Shown here: positions 1-12,500 of the stretch, in pieces
Numbering within the stretch: position 1 is the first letter of the stretch
Layout of the letters: every line of letters starts with the position of its first letter
Assembly: GCA_964016885.1 (NCBI GenBank)
Contig: OZ024741.1
Coordinates: 302,932,001 to 302,996,000, forward strand
DNA from: Eledone cirrhosa
Lineage: Eukaryota
Length of the DNA stretch: 64,000 nt
Direction of reading: 5' to 3'
Made by a program: the position numbers and the translations under genes
The notes under the pieces: generated by a model
Database searches by the model: none
What the model was told of the DNA's origin: nothing
The model's input: the letters and a program-made list of their open reading frames with translations, nothing else

Positions 1-29
1 ATTTATGTGTATGTATCCATCTCTCTCTT

Positions 30-63
<34 letters not shown>

Positions 64-577
64 CATACACGCACACACACACACACACACACTCACATAC
101 ACACACTTATATATATATATATATATATACGTACATTTGTATGAGTGCGTGTATAATTGTTTCCTTTAAAAAGTGTTAAAGTCAGTTATCCCCAAAGTTC
201 CGCTCTTATTATTTCTCGAAAGACTTTGTCCATTATCCTTAAAATCCTTTGAATCTTTCATCTATTTCTTTATCCCAAATGAAAGAGTCTGGGATTAGCC
301 TATATCCTAATCAGTTGTTCGTATCTAGGTGTGTTCCTTTAATCCGATATACTCAACTGTTTTGCTTCAGTTCTTATCATGACTATCACATTTTTTTTTA
401 CTGGCTCTTGTTCATTGTGTATGAATATAATTGTGTGCATCTGTGTCTAACTACCAGGCTTTGTCAGTCTGTCGCTCTTTATGATTGTCTCTTTTTCTGT
501 CTGTCTGTCTATCTTCGCTCTTTGTGTTGTCTGTACGTCTGTCCATTTGTCTGTTTGCCTGTTTGTGTCTCTCTACT

Positions 578-635
<58 letters not shown>

Positions 636-783
636 CTTGAAGCTATAATTTATTATATTGAGATCAATATTCAGCGTGGACCATTTTATGACCGTTGGAA
701 GGATGACGCCTAAGTCGATCTGGGAGAGAAATGAAATGTAACCAGATACAACAAGGTATTTTGTCAGACGCTCTACCGATACC

Positions 784-784
<1 letters not shown>

Positions 785-836
<52 letters not shown>

Positions 837-837
837 C

Positions 838-925
<88 letters not shown>
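785..925. repeat. (TATC)n microsatellite
   Basis: Direct tandem tetranucleotide run. Confidence 0.95.
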
Positions 926-1016
926 CTATATATATGTATGTAAAAAGTAAACAAAATTAACAAAGCAAACGTCACAAGAAATATATTAGTTTATTGCTTG
1001 AAATAATAGAAAAAAG

Positions 1017-1052
1017 TTTTAATGTTTCGAACAGTAGTCCTTCATCAGAAAA
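1017..1052 (-). ncRNA. Minimal hammerhead ribozyme motif (family A) in a short repeat spanning ~941-1090
   Basis: Reverse strand reads CUGAUGA-A-GGAC-UACU-GUUC-GAAAC-AUUA; flanks are homologous to the copies at ~33880-34025 and ~42660-42805. Confidence 0.65.
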
Positions 1053-1384
1053 TAAAATGAGAAATAAAAGGTGAACTAGAAAAGATAGACCATGAGAAAA
1101 GGAGGGAACGGAAAAAAATGAGAAAAACTACATCGTCATTCGATTTGCGAGAAATGGTAGCTATATCACCCTTAAGTAACATCCTACTGTGTTAGAAAAA
1201 GAACCCACTGACTATGTTTTTAGATACACAAAATCAGAAAAACAGAAGCAATAAATTGTTCACAGGTGGAATACCTTTTGATTAGTAATATCATCAGTAA
1301 TAACAAGCTGAAGTGGGAACTTCTAGGCTGTCATTTGGCTTGCTTGAAATAGCAACCAAATCTTCCTAAAACCATGCCTTAGAA

Positions 1385-1674
1385 CAGTCATGGGCAACAT
1401 GCGGCCCGCGAGGCTTTCTGAATGGCTCACCTAAGTCACCTAAGTGAAATCTTTCTGATTTTTTTTACATCAACTTTTCAGTCGTAATTTATCTTTCTAT
1501 CATTTTTACGATCGAGGTAAACAACGTGTACGAATTCTGAAGAAACAAATCAAAAGAATATGAGTTACAGCCCTTTTTTTAATGTGGGCACAAATGTAAA
1601 TTAGCGCTTGTGGCCTGTCTGATGATAAGCCATACCTCATGCGGCCCGTTTCTCGAAAAAGGTTGCCCTGCCTG
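1385..1674. mobile_element. hAT-type MITE
   Basis: TIRs CAGTCATGGGCAAC / GTTGCCCTGCCTG, subterminal GCGGCCCG motifs, 8-bp TSD ccttagaa/tcttagaa. Confidence 0.8.
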
Positions 1675-2222
1675 TCTTAGAATCTTAATAATTGAAACGA
1701 CACTTTGCATAATGTGGCTCTGGGAAAACCTTTAAAAAGACAGTGTCGGCATCGCGGCAATGCTTGATCAAGGCTGATCTGCATCTAAACTACAGCATTA
1801 TTCTCGCCATTAATAATCATATTACTAAAAGAGCCAGCGAGGAAGTCTCTTTGTCGTACCTCGACTTGCAATAAATAGCAACCAACACTACCTCAAATCA
1901 CACTCTACAGTCTTAAAAAAAGAACACATTGAATAAAGTTCTAAATAAACTGTCTTATAAAAAAGAATGGGGTGGTCATCGCTGGGAAGGATTGTGACCA
2001 ACAAGAAGTGTTGTGTGCAATAGAATCATCATGGATGATGATTTCAGAATGAAGGAATATAAGTTATCTCGATACATCATGAGACTCCAAACCGTTACAT
2101 TACAGAAGTTTAGAAATGTCCTGGTGGATGTTATTTAAAGGATATTTAGGTAATATTCCTCGCAAACCGAATGACGATATAGAAGCTTACATGTTGGTAG
2201 TATTGTTGTTGTTGCTGAATAG

Positions 2223-2411
2223 GGGCGGTGGATTGGCCCTATCGGTAGAGGGTCGGACGCCATGCTTTCAAGCATAGTTACGTCCCTTTACGATCTGAGT
2301 TCAAATCTCGCCGAGGTTGACTTTGCCTTTCATCCTTACGGGGTCGATAAAATAAAGTACCAGTAATGCACTGGGTAATTGCTGGCCTTGTGCCTAAAGA
2401 AGAAACAAGTA
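2223..2411 (+). mobile_element. tRNA-derived SINE (family 1)
   Basis: A-box-like head, B-box GAGTTCAAATC, core GCCTTTCATCCTTACGGGGTCGATAAA; many copies in the window. Confidence 0.85.
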
Positions 2412-2444
2412 TTGTTGTTGTTGCTGATAGTTAATAGTGTTGAG

Positions 2445-2506
2445 GATGGTGGTAGTGTTTGAAGTAGTAGTAGCAATTCTAGTAGTAGTAGTGGTGGTGG
2501 TCATTT

Positions 2507-2552
<46 letters not shown>

Positions 2553-2584
2553 GGTAATTGTGGTAGTTGTTGTAATTGTAGTAT

Positions 2585-2615
<31 letters not shown>

Positions 2616-2720
2616 TGTAATTGTTGTAATATTAATGGTAGTGGTAGTGGTAATTGTAGTAGTAGTAGTAGTAGTAGTAATGGTGGTCGTAGTAGTAGGA
2701 GTAGTAGCAGCAGTAGTAGT
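2445..2720. repeat. (GTA/GTG)n trinucleotide repeat
   Basis: Direct; explains the poly-V and poly-T ORFs. Confidence 0.9.
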
Positions 2721-3119
2721 GCGGCGGCGGCACGCCATTTCTGGTATGTTCTACACCAGGTCTTGACGCAACATATGAGGTGAATACCTCAATTAATTTC
2801 GCTAATAAACACGATAATTATGTGAAGTTATTTTAATGAAAGAAAGACCAATTCATTTAATGTCATTCTGTTTCTCTTATTTCATTTTATTTCATTTTAT
2901 TTATTTTTGTAATATTTTCCCTTCCCTACTGTTTTTTTTTTCTTTTATTGTTTATAAAACCTATTGACTTTAATTTGCACTTTCTTTTAAGTACATTTAT
3001 CTGAGTTAACACACGCACGCACACCCCCCCCCACACACACATACGAACACACAAAGAAAGAAGACAGAGCGAGTGAGAAAGAGTGAGAGAGACAAAGCGA
3101 TATAGAGGAAGAATTGACA

Positions 3120-3270
3120 CCAGTACTGGACTGGTATATTTTTATTGACATGGAAAGGATGAAAGGTAAAGTTGACCGCGGTGGGATTTGAACTCAGAAC
3201 GTAGAGATCTGGAGCGAATAACGCAAATCCTTTTTATCTGACATTCAATCGACTCTGCCAATTCGCCACC
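3120..3270 (-). mobile_element. SINE family 1, diverged copy
   Basis: ggatgaaaggtaaagttgac...gggatttgaactcagaacg is the reverse complement of the SINE core and B-box. Confidence 0.7.
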
Positions 3271-3295
3271 TTACCGTATTCATAAAACACAAATA

Positions 3296-3653
3296 CTGGA
3301 GTCCCCTGATATTCGCGGGGGTAACGTTCCCAGAGCACCCATGAATAGTGGAAAAACCGCGAATATTGGACGTGATCCATATAAATGCCTATAAACGTCA
3401 AAATGTAACTTAAAATATAATAAAAAAAGGACCGACTTATGTGAAGGGGCGTCCAACAGGCCGGCAAATACGGTATATTGTTATTAATGATTTAGGATTA
3501 AAAACATACATAATGCCACGAAAAAATCGATAAAAAATCGCAGAAGATATTTAAGATTCCGCGAATATGAGGTGGTTTCCACGAACAATTATAAGTTAGG
3601 TTCTAAGGAAAATTCCGCGAATAACCGGGACCGCGAATGCCAGTGATACACTG
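3296..3653. mobile_element. Tc1/mariner (Tigger/pogo-like) MITE
   Basis: TA-flanked ends with imperfect inverted ...ATTCGCGG / CCGCGAAT... motifs; internal repeated CCGCGAATA. Confidence 0.6.
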
Positions 3654-3768
3654 TATATACAGTAAATAGAGAGACCAGCAAAAGAAAGCCAAGAACCACA
3701 AACAGCAATATCAATATATGTATAAGGAACAGAAAGTGAAAGGGGAAAAATGAACCTCGCTGACGGGA

Positions 3769-3990
3769 AATAATGATTTCTAGTATAGGCACAAGGCCAG
3801 TAATGTTTTTTTTTTTGGGGGGGGGGGGGTCGATTAAATCGACCCCAGTCCGTTACTGGTGCTTTTTTTATCGACCCCGTAAGGATGAAAGGCAAAGTTA
3901 ACCTGTGTGGGATTTGAACTCAGAACGTAAAGGACCGTAACTCTATGCTGCAAAGCATGGTGTTCGACTCTACCGATACTGCCATATAAC
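3769..3990 (-). mobile_element. SINE family 1 flanked by ~255-bp direct repeats
   Basis: Reverse-complement SINE; 3515-3776 is repeated at 3991-4241. Confidence 0.8.
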
Positions 3991-4452
3991 GCCACGACAA
4001 AAAGCCATTAAAAAATCGTGGAAGATATTTACGATTCCGCGAATATGCGGTGGTTACCACGAACAATTATTAGTTAGGTTCTAAGGAAAATCCCGCGCGA
4101 ATGCCGGTGATACAATGTTTTTACAGTATATATTTACCAGTAAAGGAAAGCCAAGAACCACAATCAGCAATATCAATATATATATAAGGAACGGCAGAAA
4201 GTGAAAGGGGAAAAATGGACCTCGTTGACGGGCATTAATGAAAACGTCTTCTAACTATGACCCTGTGGAGAGCTTTAATCCCTAAGGGCTTTATACACCC
4301 CCTTTCAAGACCTTTCACTCTACACGCCCTTCTTTAGTTTTCTCTTTTCGCTGAAATGAAATATTTAATTATTTGATTATTTTATAGTTTTTTTTGTGAC
4401 TTCAAATTTACCGTAATATAAAATGGCGTTAGTTTGGTTCACATGATGAAAT

Positions 4453-4454
4453 AA

Positions 4455-4488
<34 letters not shown>

Positions 4489-4960
4489 CATACATACATA
4501 ATGCATACATGCATATATACATACATATACATACATGCATAATGCATACATATATATACATACATACATATACATACATACATATACATACATACATACA
4601 TATATAAATACATGCATACATACATACACATACATACATACATATATAAATATATGCATACATACATACACATACATACATATGCATACATACATACATG
4701 CATACATATACACATATACATGCATACATATATACATACGTACATACATAATACATTCATAATACATACATACACATACATACATACATACATATATAAA
4801 TACATGCATACATACATACACATACATACATACATATGCATACATACATACATGCATACATATACACATATACATACATACACATATACATACGTACATA
4901 CATAATACATTCATACATACATACGTACACACATACATACACTCACACATATACATGTAT
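4453..4960. repeat. (CATA)n compound microsatellite
   Basis: Direct. Confidence 0.95.
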
Positions 4961-5147
4961 ACTACATAGACACATTGACACCTACCTACGCACATGCTTT
5001 CTCTTTCCATCTCTCACTCACCCTCTCTCGTATAATTACCTCTTACAAGTACACACACAGACAAATCACCGATTCACTCGAACGCACTCACAAATGCATT
5101 TATACTGACGCACACTGAAATACGAGCTACAGAGGGATCATCTACAC

Positions 5148-5712
5148 CAAATGTTCTCAAAGTTTTCGGGCCACCGTCTCCTCACGGCCACGTAATACCC
5201 TCAGCGCCCCACCCCACAATTTCCAGAGATACCTGCCTACATGCAAATTGTAAATAATATATATAAAAAATAAAATCATTAATTTATACATAATAAATAA
5301 TATAATATATTTCGTTTTTGAATTTGTTTTGAAAGATTTCTTATCTGAAAACGTGTGTTGAAACAGATATTATTATACTTTGGGAGGGATCACTGAGGAG
5401 GTCACAAAATATGTGACGAAAGAGCTTTGACAATATATAAACAACCATCCAGTTATCGAACCAACCAGCCAACCGGAAATTTATAATAAATTGAAGTGAA
5501 AACCAACAGCTGCATGTGTTTTTATTGGCAGCATGACCCTCCCAAAGTATAACAATATAATATATATTACATATAAATGAATATTATATATTTTCTTTTA
5601 TACTATATTTTTATATATGTATCATTTGATATTTAATATACTATTATATCATCTTTACCGCCCTCTTACGCCCCACTGGACCTTCTCAACTTCCCCAATT
5701 TGAGAGCCTCTG
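5148..5712. mobile_element. hAT-type MITE with a nested insertion
   Basis: TIRs CAAATGTTCTCAAA / TTTGAGAGCCTCTG; 8-bp TSD atctacac/atttacac. Confidence 0.7.
5389..5431 (+). ncRNA. Hammerhead ribozyme-like motif
   Basis: UCA-CUGAGGA-G-GUCACA-AAAUA-UGUGAC-GAAA-GAGCUU-UGA, inside the inverted-repeat-bounded insert 5368-5557 related to 33268-33330. Confidence 0.5.
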
Positions 5713-6204
5713 ATTTACACGATTGCTCGCTCAGTTAGGAATAGTAAACACATTGATTTAAATCTGTTAGTGTCGTCTTTAAAAAAAGCAAGGCTATATT
5801 GTTTCATGCAGTAATAAATATACAACAAAGACAGCATGGCCACTATCGGGACTGTTTTTATAATAATTCTGCTCAATGAACGCAAACCTTGGGTTAAACA
5901 TCAAAATATATAGACTCTGTATCTTAGTTGCTCACTGAAACAGACCGTCAAGCACACACGTATACAAGCACATACATTCATATATGTTCACACACACGTA
6001 CATAAGTGTGTAAGAAACATTTATATATATTGTTTCGTGCTTCTGATATTATGTGGTTTAAGATTACCGTTGAAAGGTCACTGGTAAGAAAGGTTTCTTG
6101 TGGCTTTAATTTTAATTGTATTTAACTTTGGAATTGTATTCTGTGTGGTGAGTTTTTGTCTAGTTTAGACGTGTATTTTGTTGTTAGGTAGGGTTGTACA
6201 AGGA

Positions 6205-6282
<78 letters not shown>

Positions 6283-6421
6283 ATATATATATATATATAT
6301 ATAATCAGTTGATTTAGGTTTATTTTAAACTCCGTTATACATATTTCACTGAGGACTATCAGCTTCACAACCAACAGACCATGCTGTGATCCGCACATCC
6401 CTGTTCTGTTAATCCCTTACA

Positions 6422-6565
<144 letters not shown>

Positions 6566-6572
6566 TATATAT

Positions 6573-7190
6573 ATCTTCTTCTTCTTCGTGGGTGAGAGCC
6601 GTGGGTGCAGTGTCATGAAATACTCCTTCCAGCGGGTCCTCTCAGAAGCAATCATCTCCAATTGATCCGACTGGATCCCCAAGTGAGACCAGACGAGCTC
6701 ATGTAAGTTATTCAACCTTCTTGCCCGGGGTTTACCGCTGGGCCTTCTGCCGGTTGGTTTTACCCGTAAAATCTGTCCAGCGAGTCTTTCCTGAGACATT
6801 CTAACCACATTACCATAGTATCGGAGCTGTGATCTCTCAATTCAGAGAAGTAGCAGCTCTACGGGGAGTGACTCTCTGATCTCCGAGCTACGCACTCTAT
6901 CGAGTAACGTTACTCCCTTCGAAGGAACCCCATTTTGGCTGCTTGTATTTGCAATCGTATTCTTTCAATCATTACCCAAGATTCATGACCATAGGTAATG
7001 GTTGGCACGAATACCGAATGAAAGATAGTGAGTTTGGCTTTTTCACCTACTTCCCTTCTTCTGATTACCGAATGCTGAAGCTGTACCAACTCTTGCAATT
7101 TTTGCACTTAATTCAGCCTCCTGCTTTCCATCACTCGTGAACACGGCCTCGGGATACTTGAACTTCGACACCTGCGTAGAGTGCACTGTG
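6573..7190 (-). mobile_element. 5'-truncated RTE-type LINE 3' end, (GAA)n tail family
   Basis: Translates to ...VFVPTITYGHESW...IQAAKMGFLRR...RMSQERLA...GRRPSGKPRAR, typical of the post-RT region of RTE-group LINEs; tail gaagaagaag. Confidence 0.85.
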
Positions 7191-7314
7191 CAAGCTTCCT
7201 TGAAAGGACGAGTGTCTCAATTATCGCAGCACTGATTTACATTCCTGCCATTCTGTCAGATTAAAGAAAAAATAACCTTTAAATATACTTCTGTGCATTT
7301 TCACCTTCACTTTT

Positions 7315-7397
<83 letters not shown>

Positions 7398-8101
7398 ACA
7401 TATAACGTTAAACTAATATATTCCTTCAATGTACTGTGTCGTTTGCTTTGTTTTTTTGTGATTACATTTACAAACGCACACATACACACACACACACACA
7501 TACACGCACACACACACACACACACGCACACACACACAAACGCACACACATACATATATACATATGTACACGCGCGCATACGCACACACAAATATATATG
7601 TAGACGAACGCACACACGCACTCATACACACACGTATGTGTTGTGTCCGAGTAATTACTTGAACTAATACGTTTATAAATTCATGGTTATTACGCAGGAG
7701 AAGTAGATATATAAGGTTGCGGGAGGCTGCAGGCAATGGAGAAGGCAAAATGATTTCGTATAATTAGTTGACATTTGACACTGTGGCATTCGACATTGGC
7801 AAACATATCTCAGAATTGATAGCAACCCTATGCATGTCAACCCTCTCTTACTACTACACAAATTAAAAAGTAATTAATTCTGCGCATGCTATTAAATCTG
7901 TAAGTAAATACGAAGTAACCTATGTCAGAAAATACCAAATAGAGCCGAAAAATAAAATAGATATTGATAAAATGAATGAATATAATCACATTCAATGAAG
8001 AAAATGTTCTTTTTAATCTTTTTCTGGCCTGTCGTTTAACTGTGATTAAGCTGGGTACCAGTTCGATGGTGTTTTTAGTTGATATTATCGATCTTAGTAA
8101 A

Positions 8102-8290
8102 AGCGGTGGATTGGCAGTATCGGTAGAGAGTCGGACGCCATGCTTTCCAGCATAGTTACGTCCCTTTACGGTTTGAGTTCAAATCCCGCCGAGGTTCACT
8201 TTGCCTTTCATCCTTACGGGGTCGATAAAATAAAGTACCAGTAATGTACTGGGTAATTGCTGGCCTTGTACCAACAGTAGAAACAATTAT
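8102..8290 (+). mobile_element. SINE family 1 with 16-bp TSD
   Basis: SINE core; TSD attatcgatcttagta on both sides. Confidence 0.88.
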
Positions 8291-8435
8291 CGATCTTAGT
8301 ACAGATGCCAGTTCGATGTTTATTTTATTTATTTCTCTAGTAATATAAAATACTCTTGGGTCTACTGATCATAATCTACATAAGGTCTACTGATATGACT
8401 TAGTCATATCAGTAGACCTCATGTAGATTATGATC

Positions 8436-8670
8436 TGAAAAGGTGTAAGGAATGTGGTAAGGAATGTGCTAGCATGGGAAGTCTTAAAAGACACATGAGG
8501 ACACACAACCAGAACAAAGCAATGGAAAGTACCAGAAGAGCCTACAGTTGCCATGTATGTGCCACAGGGTGCACGTCTTTGGCTGGTTTAAAGAGCCACA
8601 TTCGTGCCTCACAATTTTGAGCATTTTATCGGGCGATGGCAATACTTGAACACGAGTTTGCAGCCATCAT
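8436..8670 (+). mobile_element. 3' fragment of a zinc-finger RTE LINE related to 9549-13505
   Basis: Encodes CKECGKECASMGSLKRHMRTH and CHVCATGCTSLAGLKSHIR; 3' end ggcaatacttgaacacgagtttgcagccatcatgtatg resembles the terminus of the full RTE. Confidence 0.8.
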
Positions 8671-8699
8671 GTATGTATATACATTCTGGTTTCATTATT

Positions 8700-8915
8700 G
8701 CGGTGGATTGGCAGTATCGGTAGAGCATCAGACAACATGCTTTGTAGCATAGAGTTACGGCTCTTTACGTTCTGAGTTCAAATCCCGCCGAGGTTAGCTT
8801 TGTCTTTCATCCTTACGGGTTCGATAAAATAAGCACCAGTAATACACTAGGGTTAATTTAATCGATTTCCCCTCATCCAAATTGCTGGCCTTGTGCCTAT
8901 AGTAGAAATTATTAT
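8700..8915 (+). mobile_element. SINE family 1
   Basis: SINE head, core and ATT tail. Confidence 0.85.
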
Positions 8916-9548
8916 TTTATAACATTTTACCAATATAGAGAGAGCGCCGTTTCATTGGAATTTAGACATCAATTAGGCAAAATGTATGCGTGCGTGCGCG
9001 CACGTGCGCGTGTGTGTGCGGGTATGGATGTCATTTTATGTGTGGATCTGTATGTTATGAGTTATATGTATACACGTGCATATGTTTGGTATCTATACAT
9101 GTGTATATGATACGGTCACTGAGCTGCTTGCCAATTATAAGTCTCATGATGTGGTTCTGGAATGTAGAGAGCTTCTGAAGTGACCTTGTCGTCCAATTAA
9201 CACAGTCAAAACTGGTAAGATGTAAGTATCAAAGATCTTAGCCTTCAAATGATAGGAAACTTGTTTTGATGTTAGTACTTCCTTGCTCTTGTTGAAAGCT
9301 GCTCAACCTAGAGGGATGCCATATTGCGCAGCAACCATTCCATTGTTGTTTGATGATTGCTCTTTAAACTTTGATCTTTAAACACTGCTGCTGGTGATCG
9401 AACTTTGTAGAGAAGAATATCTCATGTTGATGCGCAGTCTGCAACTGGTGGAGTTTAGCGTCACAAGATGTGTATATGCAGTTATTACATGTATGTATGT
9501 ATGTATGTATGTATGTATGTATGTATGTATGTATGTATGTATGTATTT

Positions 9549-12500
9549 CAGGTCACCAGTTGGTGCTACTGGTAACATGTATCCCAGTACAACCTGTCTC
9601 ATGGTCGGGTCGTTGGCGACTAAACTGGCAACCCCACCAAGGTTTCTTGGTGAGGAGGGTGACTTTGGACATCCTGCAGGACTAAAAACAAAACCTGTCA
9701 AAGGGAAAAGGAGCTCTTAAGAGTCAATGGCCATCCAAAATCACCGGGAGAGATGACCCCTTAGCCTTTGTCAAGGCAGAATTCTAGGAGAAGGAAAACT
9801 CTGATATAACACCTGCAACCATGATGGTATCCAATGATGTTGACTTGTTCTTCTTTTTGGTAAATATCATCTTGGTTAAGAGAGTGGGACTGGCTTTGTG
9901 CAGTGCCTTTGCTCACTATAAAAGCTTCACGGCACAGACATTGCTTTATATCTGGAGATCTCTCTGCACTTGTCATCTTGATGTGGAACTCTGGCTGGCC
10001 GTAGCCTAAAAAGGCAAACTACATTACAATGAATGTACCTAACACAATTGAAGTAAATGGCAATAAGGGCTCTGGATCAACATCATGTGAAAGTGTCTGT
10101 CCCGGCAGGTGTCCCAGGGCACCGCAGTCTGGGCCCGGTCGTCATCGGTCTACTGTGTGCAAAACACTCAATTTTGGGTGCTGGAATGTGCGTACTTTGC
10201 TTGATATTGAAACAAATGTACAGCGACCTGAAAGAAGATCGGTATTGGTTGCCAAGGAACTCAGACGTTTTGATATGGATGTTGTGGCCCTCTCAGAAAC
10301 TCGATTTCATGGTGAGGGCCATTTCACAGAGAAATCCGGTGGATATACCGTTTTCTGGAGGGGAAGGAAGGAGGGGAGGAGGGAAGCTGGTGTCGCTTTT
10401 GCCATAAAAACAGTTATAACAGACCATCTTCAGGAGCTGCCGACAGGCGTTAGTGATAGACTGATCACTGTGAGAGTTCCTCTAGAGCGTAGAAGATATG
10501 CAACCGTGATTGGTGCTTATGCACCAACTATGGAATGCATTGATGAAGCAAAGCAGGCTTTTTATGACGAATTAAGGTCTCTTGTCTGGAAAGTGCCTGC
10601 AGCAGACAACATTTTAATTCTTGGAGATTTTAATGCTCGCGTGGGCCGTGATTGTGAGACATGGAGAGCTCTGGGCAAGCATGGGTCGGAAAGTGCAATG
10701 GCAATGGACTCTTGTTATTGCAAATGTGCACTGAGCTGGACTTGTTCATTGGCAGCACTATGTTCCAACAGAAGGACAAATACAAGACAACATGGATGCA
10801 TCCTGGATCGAAACAGTGGCACCTGATTGATTATGTCCTTGTGAGGCGGCGGGATGTACAGGATCTGTGCAGTGTTCGTGTGATGTTGGACCGACCATCG
10901 TCTGGTGATAGCAAGAGCAAGAGCAAGAAGTGTAGTTCGTAAAAGGGAGAAATGGCGAGGGGTATCACTTCCGAAACGGCTGAACGTTGCCCGTCTGAAG
11001 GATCCTGAAGTCAGAGAAAATCTAGTTAAAAAGATGGATGCGTTAGAGTGCGGAAATGACTGGACTTCCTTTAAGGAGGCAGTTTATGGGGCATGTGCTG
11101 ATGTTGTTGGATTCACGGATAAGAAGCATCAGGATTGGTTTGACCAAAATGACAAGCTTATAGACAAGCTTTTGGAGGAGAAACATATGCTCCACTCCTC
11201 ATTGCTTGGTAGTGATTTAAGCACCGATCGGCAGAAGGAAATCGCTAAGAAGCTGAAGCTCGTAAAAGCTGATGTGCAACGAAAATTGCGTGAAATGAAG
11301 AATAAGTGGTGGAATAACAAAGCCGATGAAATACAACTTGCGTCGGATGTGAAGGACGCTAAGGCAATGTATAATCTTCTTCGTGAAGTGTATGGACCAT
11401 CTACATCACCAGTTGCGCCTCTTAGGACAAAGGATGGCAATCAGCTCCTTAGAGATCCCAATGATATCCTGTTGAGATGGCGGGAACACTTTGACGAGCT
11501 TCTCAATAGGGATTCAGAGGTTGACGAAGAGTTTATCAGGTCCATACCTGATAAGCCAGTAAAGGAAATCCTTGCTGAGCCTCCAACGATCGAGGAGGTT
11601 AAAAGTGCTGTCTGGAAACTCAATGGTGGGAAATCGCCTGGATTGGATGGGCTGTATGCTGAGATCTTGAAGCACGGTGGAGAGAATCTCTTGCACTGAC
11701 TTCATTCTTTGGTTCTGGATGCCTGGAACAACAATCATGTTCCCGATGACTGGAAGGATACTGTGATGGTTGTTTTGTACAAGGGAAAGGGAGACAGGAA
11801 TAACTGCGGAAACTATCGTGGGATATCACTGTTGTCTGTTGTCGGCAAAGTTCTCTGTAGAATTCTGATGAAGCTCTACCAGAGTCGCAATCGGGCTTTC
11901 GGGCTGGACGTGGCACTGTGGACATGATCTTTACAGCCAGACAACTGCAGGAAAAGTGTGTTGAACAGAATGTGGATCTCTACCAAGTGTTTGTTGATCT
12001 GACAAAAGCGTTTGACACGGTCAACAGAAAGGCTTTATGGAATATCTTGAGGAAGCTGGGGTGCCCTGAGAAGTTTGTTTCCATTTTGCGTTTGTTTCAT
12101 GATGACATGAAGGCATGGGTAAATGTTGGTGGAAAGATCTCTGAGCCGGTGACGGTCGAGAATGGAGTCAAACAGGGTGACATTCCAGCTCCAACGCTCT
12201 TTGCTTTGTACTTCTCCATTGTCTCCGAACAGGCCTATCGATCAACTGGAAAGCTGTTTAATATCAGGAGGTTCAATGCTAAGTCAAAGGTTCACGTGTC
12301 ACTAATCAGGAATTTGCTTTATGCAGATGACTGTGACCTGGTAGTGCACACGGAGATTGATATGCAGCATCTCATGGATGCATTTTCTAATGCGTGTACT
12401 GCATTGGGACTTACCATAAGCCTGAAAAAGACAGTAGCCATGTACCAACCAGCCCCTGGGAAGTCATGTTGTGAGCCCAACATCTTGGTTTATGGTGAAA

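Noticed and set aside
2223-2310. tRNA gene
   Set aside because: A/B-box-like motifs belong to a multi-copy SINE head, and no cloverleaf could be built.
6310-6375. Possible hammerhead on the minus strand (stem CUGA/UCAG followed by GAAA-UAUGUA-UA)
   Set aside because: No recognisable CUGANGA box upstream of the stem.
9549-9635. Possible HDV-like ribozyme at the RTE 5' end (CCAGU...GG-GUCG-UUGG-CGAC-UAA-ACUGG resembles P2/P4/J4-2)
   Set aside because: HDV-like ribozymes are known in some RTE 5' UTRs, but I could not assign a convincing P1 and P3/L3. An Infernal/RNArobo search or a cleavage assay would be needed.
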